Of a DNA stretch of 64,000 nt, positions 15,197 through 24,182 are shown in pieces. The position numbers and the translations under genes are program-made. The notes below the pieces were generated by a model, which searched no databases, was not told where the DNA came from, and saw nothing but the letters and a program-made list of their open reading frames with translations. The DNA is from a virus: positions 1 to 64,000 of the IMG/VR virus record IMGVR_UViG_3300032240_001667. One strand, 5' to 3'. Each line of letters starts with the position of its first letter. Position 1 is the first letter of the stretch.

Positions 15197-17449
15197 ATGG
15201 CAACAGTAAATAAAGATTTTAAAATTAAGAGTGGGCTTATCGTTGAAGGTACAACAGCGACAGTTAACGGATTTGACATTCTTACAAAAAAGCAGGGAGA
15301 CCAAGATTACATTGTTAATCTTATTGGTGGAACTGCTACATCAGCAAATACTCCAGATACCGTCGTAAAGCGTGATGAACTCGGTAACTTTGCTGCTGAA
15401 AATGTAACAGTAAATACACTTTATGTTGGTGGTTCAACAGAAAACGGTATTGATGTTGTTAATGGAGATACAGAGATTGGTTCTAATAATGGCATCCTTC
15501 TTTCTGCATCAGATGACATTTCACTTAACTCAGGCAATGGAGACATTGTTCTTAATCCAGATGGAACAGCATACTATGGTTCAAAGTCATCAGCAAATAT
15601 TATTGCAACACGCTCATATGCAGATGGAGTAGCAAACGATGCAACATCTTCTGCTAATACATACACAGATGCAAAAATTTCAGGAGAAGTTGCAGATAGA
15701 AATGATGCAATTGGTTATGCAATATCAAGCGAAGTTACAAGAAGCAATGATGCGATTTCAACTGCCAAGGTTGAGGCAATTGCTTCATCAAATAATTACA
15801 CAGATGGTGAAATTACAACAGCACTTTCAACCGCATCTTCTGATGCAACTACAAAGGCTAATGGTGCAAAAACCTATGCTGATGGATTAATTTCAACAGA
15901 AATCTCAAATCGTAACTCTGCAATTGCAACCGCAAAGGGCGAAGCAATTTCAGAAGCAGAAGGATATACAGATTCTGCAATCTCAACTGAAGTTTCAAAT
16001 CGCAACTCAGCAATTTCTTCTGCAATTACAGCATTAGATCTTTCAAATACATATGATGCAAAGGGTGCAGCAGCACAGGCTCTTGCTGATGCTAATACAT
16101 ACACAGATGGCGAGATCGCTGCTCTTGTAGATTCAGCACCAGAACTTCTTAATACACTTAATGAATTGGCTGCAGCAATTGCAAACAATCCAAATTATGC
16201 AACAGATGTTGCTTCTGCTGTTTCTGGTAGAGTAGCCAAGTCTGGCGACACAATGACTGGATTCTTAACACTTTCTGGTGCTCCAACACTAGATCTTCAT
16301 GCAGCAACCAAAGGTTATGTAGATACAACTGCAGCAACTGCTCAGGGTAATGCAGAAGATTATGCAGATGGAGAAATCACTACTGCTCTTTCAACAGCAC
16401 AAGGTTATGCTACAACTGCTCAAACAAATGCAGAATCTTATGCAGACGGAGTAGGAACAGCAGCAGTAACAACTGCTAACTCTTACACAGATGGTGAAAT
16501 CACTACAGCACTTTCTACAGCACAAGGATATGCAGATTCAGTAGCATCAGATCTTTCAGATCACGAAGCACTTTCTTCTGGAGTACATGGAGTAACTGGT
16601 TCAGTAGTAGGTACAACTGATTCACAAGATCTTTCAAATAAACGTTTTATTGATACAACATACTTTACAGATGGTGTAACAATTTCAAATGAAGGACAAA
16701 TTGCTGTTAATTCACCAAGTCATGAATTTGAAATTAAAGCAAATGTTGGTCCACTTGGACTTAAGTCTTACAATGATGACATTGTTCTTACACCAGGCTA
16801 TGGCAAGGATGTTAAATGGGGTGCAGATGTTTTGGCAACTCAGACTTATGTTGATAACCAAACAACATCTGATATAGAAGAAGGAACAAACCAGTACTTC
16901 ACAGATGCTCGTGCTAAGACTTCAGCAGCAGATCTTTTGACTGGTGCAAATCTTACAAATATTACAATTACAGGAACAGGTGCAGGACTCACTATTACCG
17001 CAGAAAATGGTGTAGCAGATTCTACAACTGATGATCTTGATGAAGGTACAACAAATAAATACTTTACACCACAAAGAGCAGTAGATGCTCTTGAAGCAGT
17101 TGTTCCAAACTTTACAGCAGTTGAGTTAAACTCAGTTGCTAAGCAAGTTGCAGCAACTTTATCAGCACCAACAGCAGGAATTCAGGTAGCACATTCTTTT
17201 GCAAAGGCTGACTACCGTTCAGCAGAATATCTTGTAAAGGTTGCTTACGGAACACACACTGAAATTTCAAAGGTTCTTTTGACACTTGATACTTCAGATA
17301 ATATTGCAATTACTGAATATGGAATTGTTGGAACCAATGGCTCAGCATCATCAATTTCAGCAGGTATTTCAGGATCAAATGTAGAACTTCAAGTAACAAC
17401 CTCTAACAATAACTCAACAGTTACTGTTGTTGGAACATTACTTGCTTAA
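15197..17449 (+). CDS. Long tail fibre protein with helical repeats
   Basis: RBS AAGGAG before MATVNKDFK; YTDGEITTALSTA repeats; APELLNTLNELAAA; TDDL-x-EG-x-NKYFT motifs. Confidence 0.8.
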   Translation: MATVNKDFKIKSGLIVEGTTATVNGFDILTKKQGDQDYIVNLIGGTATSANTPDTVVKRDELGNFAAENVTVNTLYVGGSTENGIDVVNGDTEIGSNNGILLSASDDISLNSGNGDIVLNPDGTAYYGSKSSANIIATRSYADGVANDATSSANTYTDAKISGEVADRNDAIGYAISSEVTRSNDAISTAKVEAIASSNNYTDGEITTALSTASSDATTKANGAKTYADGLISTEISNRNSAIATAKGEAISEAEGYTDSAISTEVSNRNSAISSAITALDLSNTYDAKGAAAQALADANTYTDGEIAALVDSAPELLNTLNELAAAIANNPNYATDVASAVSGRVAKSGDTMTGFLTLSGAPTLDLHAATKGYVDTTAATAQGNAEDYADGEITTALSTAQGYATTAQTNAESYADGVGTAAVTTANSYTDGEITTALSTAQGYADSVASDLSDHEALSSGVHGVTGSVVGTTDSQDLSNKRFIDTTYFTDGVTISNEGQIAVNSPSHEFEIKANVGPLGLKSYNDDIVLTPGYGKDVKWGADVLATQTYVDNQTTSDIEEGTNQYFTDARAKTSAADLLTGANLTNITITGTGAGLTITAENGVADSTTDDLDEGTTNKYFTPQRAVDALEAVVPNFTAVELNSVAKQVAATLSAPTAGIQVAHSFAKADYRSAEYLVKVAYGTHTEISKVLLTLDTSDNIAITEYGIVGTNGSASSISAGISGSNVELQVTTSNNNSTVTVVGTLLA

Positions 17450-17484
17450 TAAAAAATAAAAATAGTTGGAAGAGGGAGTAGTAA

Positions 17485-17934
17485 ATGGCAACAGTCGATA
17501 AAGACTTCAAGGTTAAGAATGGATTAGTCGTTGCAAACGGCGGTACATTCGGAGATGCAGTAACAGTAGGAGCACCAACTCTTGCTTCACATGCAGCAAC
17601 TAAAGACTATGTTGACTCAAGATCAATGGCTGTAGGCGTTAATGCTCCTTCTTCACCAACTAATGGAACACAATGGTTAGATACCTTAACAAATAGAGTT
17701 AATTTTTATTATGAAGGTTCTTGGTACACACAAGCAACTCTTGATGATACACATAATATTCCACAGCATATTCACGATACAGCAATTGATGGTACAGGCC
17801 TTATTGTAAGCATGTATGTTGAATCTGGTTTTCCAGATAGCCCAATGACATCTACTACTGATTCTGGAAATGCATTGGATACAGTTTTTACTTCTACCAT
17901 AGATGGTGGAATAGCAATAGATAATTTCAACTAA
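17485..17934 (+). CDS. Tail-fibre-associated protein
   Basis: N-terminus MATVDKDFKVKNGL shared with 15197; HAATKDYVD; C-terminal IDGG. Confidence 0.7.
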   Translation: MATVDKDFKVKNGLVVANGGTFGDAVTVGAPTLASHAATKDYVDSRSMAVGVNAPSSPTNGTQWLDTLTNRVNFYYEGSWYTQATLDDTHNIPQHIHDTAIDGTGLIVSMYVESGFPDSPMTSTTDSGNALDTVFTSTIDGGIAIDNFN

Positions 17935-17986
17935 AATTGATGTTATAATAAGATACATATGGGCAGCACCCATAAGGGGGAAATAA

Positions 17987-19903
17987 ATGGCAGTTAGACA
18001 ACAACAACGTAGAGGTACCGCAGCACAGTGGACCTCAGCAAATCCAATTCTTTCAGCAGCAGAAATCGGTGTTGAAATTGATACAAGTAAATTTAAGATT
18101 GGTGATGGAACTAATCGTTGGGCAGATCTAACTTATTTTACAACAGATGCTGCAACAGCAGTTACTGCAGAAGTTCAAACCGCAATTAATAATTTAATTG
18201 GTGGTGCACCAGGAATTCTAGATACCCTTAAAGAATTAGCAGACTCAATTGGAAATGATGGAAACTTTGTTGGCACCATCACATCCGATCTTGCTGCAAA
18301 AGCACCATTAGCAAGCCCAACCTTTACAGGAACTGTATCTGGCGTAACAAAATCAATGGTTGGTCTTGGAAATGTAGATAATACCTCAGACGCTAACAAG
18401 CCAGTGTCAACAGCAACTCAAACTGCCCTTGACCTTAAGGCCAACACAGCAGATATTACAGAACTTTCACAAGATGCTGTTAACTCAGCACTTACTGCGG
18501 GATCAGGTATTACAAAGACCTATAATGATTCAGCAAATACAATTACAGTTGCAGTAGACTCAACAATTGCAACAAAGACATATGCAGATGGTAAAGCATC
18601 TGACGCACAGACTGCAGCAGCAGCAGATGCAACCACTAAGGCTAATAATGCTAAATCAGGTGCAGAAACTACAGCAGCAACTGCTCTTGCTTCACATGAA
18701 GCAGATACAACAAATATTCATGGTATTGCAGATACTTCTGCTCTTGCAACAAAAACATATGCTGATAATGCAGCATCTAATGCAGTTTCAGGTCTTTTAA
18801 ATAATGCACCCGCAGCATTTGATACTCTAAAGGAAATAGCAGATGCTTTAACTGCAGACGAATCAGCAGCAGCAACACTTGCTACTTTGGTAGGAACTAA
18901 AGCCCCTATTGCTTCCCCAACATTTACTGGTACAGTTTCAGGTATTACAAAGTCAATGGTGGGATTAGGAAATGTTGATAACACAACAGATACAGCAAAA
19001 CCTGTTTCAACTGCACAACAAACAGCATTAGACCTTAAGGCTAATATTGCAAGTCCTACTTTTACAGGAACAGTTTCAGGAATTAGCAAATCTATGGTTG
19101 GACTTGGTTCTGTAGATAATACTTCAGATGTTAATAAACCTGTTTCAACTGCGACACAGACTGCTTTAGATCTTGAAGTTACAAACCGTAATTCAGCAAT
19201 AACTTCAGCAATTAATACAGAGGTTACAAACCGTAACTCTGCTATTGCGACAGCAAAATCTCAGGCAATTTCAACTTCTGAGGGGTATACAGATACAGCA
19301 ATTGCTAATCTTGTAAATTCTGCACCTTCTACACTAGATACACTTAAAGAACTTGCTGATGCATTAACCGCAGACGAAAGTACTGCAACAACTCTTGCAA
19401 CAACTGTTGGAACCAAGGCTCCTTCTGCTAATCCAACATTTACTGGAACAGTAGTATTACCTTCAACAACATCAATTGGAAATGTTTCGGCAACTGAAAT
19501 TGGGTATGTTGATGGTGTAACTTCATCAATTCAGACACAGTTAGATTCTAAGGCTCCAACCGCTTCCCCAACATTTACAGGAACGGTATCTGGAATAACT
19601 AAGTCTATGGTTGGATTAACAAACGTAGATAACACTTCCGATGCTAACAAGCCAGTATCATCAGCAACGCAAACAGCATTAGATGCTAAACTATCTACTT
19701 CAGTTGCAACATCAACTTATGAAACAATTTCAAATGTTTCATTAAAAGCACCACTATTATCACCAACATTTACTGGTACACCATTAGCACCAACTGCATC
19801 ATCTACAACTAATAACACTCAAATTGCTACAACAGCATTTGTAAAGTCTCAAATTACAAATATTTCAGACTTTAACTTAGTACTTGATGGTGGTGGAGTA
19901 TAA
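17987..19903 (+). CDS. Tail fibre protein with an Mtd-N-like N-terminal domain
   Basis: QQRRGTAAQW...NPIL...EIG...FKIGDG; repeated KAPLASPTFTG/VGLGNVDNTSD modules. Confidence 0.85.
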   Translation: MAVRQQQRRGTAAQWTSANPILSAAEIGVEIDTSKFKIGDGTNRWADLTYFTTDAATAVTAEVQTAINNLIGGAPGILDTLKELADSIGNDGNFVGTITSDLAAKAPLASPTFTGTVSGVTKSMVGLGNVDNTSDANKPVSTATQTALDLKANTADITELSQDAVNSALTAGSGITKTYNDSANTITVAVDSTIATKTYADGKASDAQTAAAADATTKANNAKSGAETTAATALASHEADTTNIHGIADTSALATKTYADNAASNAVSGLLNNAPAAFDTLKEIADALTADESAAATLATLVGTKAPIASPTFTGTVSGITKSMVGLGNVDNTTDTAKPVSTAQQTALDLKANIASPTFTGTVSGISKSMVGLGSVDNTSDVNKPVSTATQTALDLEVTNRNSAITSAINTEVTNRNSAIATAKSQAISTSEGYTDTAIANLVNSAPSTLDTLKELADALTADESTATTLATTVGTKAPSANPTFTGTVVLPSTTSIGNVSATEIGYVDGVTSSIQTQLDSKAPTASPTFTGTVSGITKSMVGLTNVDNTSDANKPVSSATQTALDAKLSTSVATSTYETISNVSLKAPLLSPTFTGTPLAPTASSTTNNTQIATTAFVKSQITNISDFNLVLDGGGV

Positions 19904-19965
19904 TAGTGTTAGGCATTAAAAATACAATGAATAATAAGTACGCAGCCCGTACAGAGGAGAAATAA

Positions 19966-21726
19966 ATGACAACAAGAATGCAACAACGTAGAGGAACTTC
20001 TACACAATGGACAGCAACAGATCCAATCCTTGCTGCTGGTGAAATTGGATTCGAATTAGACTCTGGTCAGTTTAAAATGGGCGATGGCGTAAATCATTGG
20101 TCAGATTTAGCATACTTTAAAGATATAAGTGATTTGGGTGCAAACTTAGATTCTTATCTATTAACAACAACTAGAGGTGCAGCAAATGGTGTTGCCTCAC
20201 TTGACGCAAGTGGTCAAGTTCCAATGTCTCAACTTACAAACTTAACCGCTGGTGCACCAGCAGCACTAGATACATTAAACGAACTTGCTGCTGCACTTGA
20301 TAATGATGCAAGTTTTTCTACTAAGGTGCTTGCATCTTTAGCAACAAAGGCTGCATCTACTGCACTTGTTTCACATGTAAACACAACAACTTCAGTTCAT
20401 GGAATTGCAGATACTGCAGAACTAGCAACAAAAACTTATGCTTCTAGTGTTGCAACAAATGCTCAAACTGCTGCAATTTCAAATGCTGCAACTGATGCAA
20501 CTAACAAAGTTTCTAATCACAACTCAACAACAACTTCGGTTCATGGTATTTCAGATACATCTGTATTAGAAACAGTAACTGGATCACAAGCAAAAGCAAA
20601 CTCTGCATCTGCTACAGCAGTAAGTAATCACAATTCCGCAACAACCAGTGTACATGGCATTGCTGACACATCAGCACTTGCTACAAAAACCTATGCTGAT
20701 TCAGCAGCAACAACTGCTGCAGCAGGAGTAACAAAATCATCTCTTGGTCTTGAAAACGTAACAAATACATCAGATGCCAATAAACCTGTATCAACAGCAC
20801 AACAAACTGCTTTAGATCTAAAGGCCAATTTGGCTTCTCCTACCTTTACTGGTACCGTTGGTGGTATTACAAAGGCCATGGTTGGTCTTGGTAACGTAGA
20901 TAACACTGCAGATACAGCAAAGCCAGTATCTACTGCACAGCAGACAGCACTTGATCTTAAAGAAACAGTAGTAAATGTTGCTCTTAAGGCACCACTTGCT
21001 TCACCAGCACTTACTGGTGTACCAACTGCTCCAACAGCAGCAGCAGCAACTAACACAACACAAATTGCAACTACTGCTTTTGTTAGAGGAGAAGTAACTG
21101 CTCTTGTAAATGGAGCAACTGCTGCACTAGATACTTTGGGAGAATTAGCAGCAGCACTTACTGCTGACGAAGCAACCGCAGCAACACTTGCTACTTTGGT
21201 AGGAACAAAAGCACCACTTGCTTCACCAACATTTACAGGAACAGTAACAATTCCTGCAGGTGCAAGCATATCAGGTTTTGCTCCACTTGCTTCACCAACA
21301 TTTACAGGTACAAATACTGTAGCAGCACTTACAGTATCTGGTTCTGGATTAATAACAGCATCTTCTGCTGGTATAGCATTTACAGACGGTACACAAACAA
21401 AGGAAGGCGTAGTCTCACGAACACCAATTGTTCAAAAAACAGCATCTTATACACTTTCAGCACTTACAGAAAGAGACTCTCTTATTGAAGTAGCCTCTGC
21501 ATCTGCAGTAACAATAACAGTACCAACAAATGCCACAGTAGCATATCCAGTAGGAACATCTATTGACATTCTTCAAACTGGTGCTGGACAAATTACTGTA
21601 GCAGGTGCTGGTGGAGTTACCGTTAACGCAACACCAGGATTAAAGTTAAGAACACAGTGGTCTGGAGCAACACTCTTTAAGAGAGCAACAGATACTTGGG
21701 TTCTTTATGGCGATCTTTCAGCATAA
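19966..21726 (+). CDS. Second tail fibre protein with an Mtd-N-like domain
   Basis: QQRRGTSTQW...GEIGFE...FKMGDG; same repeat modules. Confidence 0.85.
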   Translation: MTTRMQQRRGTSTQWTATDPILAAGEIGFELDSGQFKMGDGVNHWSDLAYFKDISDLGANLDSYLLTTTRGAANGVASLDASGQVPMSQLTNLTAGAPAALDTLNELAAALDNDASFSTKVLASLATKAASTALVSHVNTTTSVHGIADTAELATKTYASSVATNAQTAAISNAATDATNKVSNHNSTTTSVHGISDTSVLETVTGSQAKANSASATAVSNHNSATTSVHGIADTSALATKTYADSAATTAAAGVTKSSLGLENVTNTSDANKPVSTAQQTALDLKANLASPTFTGTVGGITKAMVGLGNVDNTADTAKPVSTAQQTALDLKETVVNVALKAPLASPALTGVPTAPTAAAATNTTQIATTAFVRGEVTALVNGATAALDTLGELAAALTADEATAATLATLVGTKAPLASPTFTGTVTIPAGASISGFAPLASPTFTGTNTVAALTVSGSGLITASSAGIAFTDGTQTKEGVVSRTPIVQKTASYTLSALTERDSLIEVASASAVTITVPTNATVAYPVGTSIDILQTGAGQITVAGAGGVTVNATPGLKLRTQWSGATLFKRATDTWVLYGDLSA

Positions 21727-21756
21727 AAATTTAAATTAAAAAAGGAGAAGAAAATT

Positions 21757-23298
21757 ATGGCAGTAAATAAGAAAATGGGTGGTCACGCACAAGGTGCTAA
21801 TGACTCACTAATGCCTTTTGCACCAACAATCGGAACAGCCACAAACGTAGGTTCTGGAAGAAATTATAATGATGGTCGAGCAGACATAACATTTACTGCT
21901 GCAGGTCCTTATGCAGCAACATCTTATACTGTAACTTCTTCTCCTGGTGGCTATACCGCTACAGGTGCCTCTTCTCCTTTAACAGTAACAGGTCTTCAGT
22001 CTGGCACTGCTTATACATTTACTGTAACTGCTACAAATTCATATGGAACTTCTGTTGCATCATCAGCATCTAATTCAATTACTGCAACAACTTTGCCACA
22101 AGCACCAACAATGGTTTCTGCAACAAACCAAGGTTCTAGTCGTCCATATAACCAGGGACAGGTTGCAATTGCTTTTTCTGCAAATGCTACTGGAGGTTCA
22201 GCACTTGATTCATATGCGGTAAATGCTTTTGATACAAATGGAAATTATTTAGCACAAGTAACAGGTTCAAGTTCTCCTTTAACCTTTACAACACTTTCAT
22301 CTGGAGGAGTTTATAAATTTGCTGCTTATTCTCATAACGCAAATGGTTATTCTGCAGCAAGTGCTTTTTCTGGAAATGTAACTGTTACTACTGTTCCAGC
22401 GACACCATCAGCACCATCAGCATCATCTCCTTCAGCAGGAACTGATACGGTTTCATGGTCTGCACCAGCAAATGGAGGATCTGCTATTACATCTTATTAC
22501 TTATACGATAATGGTGCAGCAGTTGGAAACGTTGGAAATGTTACATCTTACAATATTGGAGAAACACAAGGTTCAAATCACTATTTCCAAGTTGCAGCAA
22601 TTAATGCAAATGGACAAAGTGGAACATCTGCTGCTAGTGGAACTGTAACTACAACATTTTCATTTGCACCTTTTGGAGCATTTGGTGCTTTTAATTTCTT
22701 TGGAGCATTTGGTGCTTTTGGTGCTTTTGGTGCTTTTGGTGCTTTTGGTGCGTATAACTTTGCTGTTTATGGACAACCAGGATTTAAATTTTCTTCTTCA
22801 ATTAACGTAAACACAGAAATTATAATGTATTCAGTAGCAGGACAACCAGAATCAGTAAAGCCTGCTGGTCAACTTCAGGTTGGAGATAAATTGCTTGCAT
22901 TGGATCTTGGTCCAAAACCAACTAATGGTGACTGGAGATCTTGGCAATTACCTACAGGAACAGATATTTCAAATGCTAATTTAGTTGAAACAGAAATTGT
23001 TGACATTCAAATTGTTCCAGAAAATAAATTTATTTATATTGATGGAGATTTGTTCTCAGAAACTCACTGGATTTTAACTAAAAAAGATGGTCTGGTTAAA
23101 TTTATTAAATCAACAGATATAGATACAACATATCAAAGATATTCTTATAATAATAATGAATTTGTTGACATTATTTTAGTTGAATCATTAGACTTAGTAA
23201 TGGATAAAGTTTCTATTAACTGCGAACCTTATGATAACTTCTTTACTAGACAAATGCTTGTAAAAGATTTCTATGATAACAAACATCCATTAGTTTAA
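21757..23298 (+). CDS. Fibronectin type III repeats + (FGA)n + C-terminal Hint-domain protein
   Basis: Three FN3-like units (LTVTGLQSGTAYTFTVTATNSYG; WSAPANGGSAITSY); FGA repeat; Hint paralogous to 8617. Confidence 0.85.
   Translation: MAVNKKMGGHAQGANDSLMPFAPTIGTATNVGSGRNYNDGRADITFTAAGPYAATSYTVTSSPGGYTATGASSPLTVTGLQSGTAYTFTVTATNSYGTSVASSASNSITATTLPQAPTMVSATNQGSSRPYNQGQVAIAFSANATGGSALDSYAVNAFDTNGNYLAQVTGSSSPLTFTTLSSGGVYKFAAYSHNANGYSAASAFSGNVTVTTVPATPSAPSASSPSAGTDTVSWSAPANGGSAITSYYLYDNGAAVGNVGNVTSYNIGETQGSNHYFQVAAINANGQSGTSAASGTVTTTFSFAPFGAFGAFNFFGAFGAFGAFGAFGAFGAYNFAVYGQPGFKFSSSINVNTEIIMYSVAGQPESVKPAGQLQVGDKLLALDLGPKPTNGDWRSWQLPTGTDISNANLVETEIVDIQIVPENKFIYIDGDLFSETHWILTKKDGLVKFIKSTDIDTTYQRYSYNNNEFVDIILVESLDLVMDKVSINCEPYDNFFTRQMLVKDFYDNKHPLV
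22672..22752 (+). repeat. 9-bp tandem repeat TTTGG(T/A)GC(T/A) encoding (FGA)n
   Basis: Direct reading; 8 FGA units interrupted by FNF. Confidence 0.95.
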
Positions 23299-23335
23299 TA
23301 TTTAAACTATCAATAGAAAGTGATATACTGATTTT

Positions 23336-24082
23336 ATGAAAAAAAACAAACCTTCAAAGGTAACTTTTATAAACACGCTTCCAAAAATGAAAAATATTTT
23401 TCCTCAACCCGAACCATCTTTTAAAAATATTCCAAATTGGTATAAAAAATTAGAAAGTTTTTATGAAGGAGATCCAACTCCAGAAAATGGAAATCAAAAG
23501 TTAACTGCAAAAAGGTGTGTTGCGTTTTTAGATATTTTATCTAGTGGTTATATATTAAAATGCCCGTTTGATATTTATATTGATACCACTGAAGGAAAAC
23601 AAATATTTGATATTCCAGCAGCATTAAAACCTTTAACAGATATTGGAAGTAAACAATTTATTGGAAGTCATGATATAAAACAAGTTCAAGGGTACCCTTT
23701 TGATACAAATCAATATATAGAGTATTTATTTAGAATAAACATGGTATGGGTAGTAAAAACAGAACCAGGATATAGCACCCTTTATTTACCACTTCAACAC
23801 CATGAGATATCTCCTTTGTTTCCAATATCAGCAGTAATTGATTCAGATGAGTATCCATCAAATGGTTTATTATCATTTTTAGTTAAAAAAGATTTTAAAG
23901 GTTTTATTGCAAAAGGAACTCCATTAGTTCAAGTAATTCCTTTTAAAAGACAAGATTTTATTTCAGAGCATCTTGAAACACAAGAAGAGGTTGATAAGTT
24001 AAATTATATAGGTGCAAAGATTAGAACTGTTTTTAATTCAGGTTATAAAAAATTATTATGGCATAAAAAGTCTTATAGATAA
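23336..24082 (+). CDS. Conserved phage protein, beta-rich (possible cupin or dUTPase-like fold), function unknown
   Basis: IPNWYK...KRC..FLD...GY...GTPLVQVIPFKR pattern. Confidence 0.6.
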   Translation: MKKNKPSKVTFINTLPKMKNIFPQPEPSFKNIPNWYKKLESFYEGDPTPENGNQKLTAKRCVAFLDILSSGYILKCPFDIYIDTTEGKQIFDIPAALKPLTDIGSKQFIGSHDIKQVQGYPFDTNQYIEYLFRINMVWVVKTEPGYSTLYLPLQHHEISPLFPISAVIDSDEYPSNGLLSFLVKKDFKGFIAKGTPLVQVIPFKRQDFISEHLETQEEVDKLNYIGAKIRTVFNSGYKKLLWHKKSYR

Positions 24083-24182
24083 AGAATTTAAAAAACTCTC
24101 ATCTATAACTTTACATAGAGTTTTGTTTTTTATAAAACTCTGTTATACTTAGTACTATTCCGTTTTTGAAAGGACGATACAC

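Noticed and set aside
9724-23298. Diversity-generating retroelement (TR/VR pair suggested by Mtd-N domains and duplicated DNA)
   Set aside because: There is no reverse transcriptase in the window, both copies are coding, mismatches are not adenine-specific, and the fibres lack a recognisable C-type-lectin variable domain.
24083-24182. Cobalamin riboswitch or NrdR boxes upstream of nrdJ
   Set aside because: The region is only about 100 bp, with no B12-box or convincing NrdR consensus.
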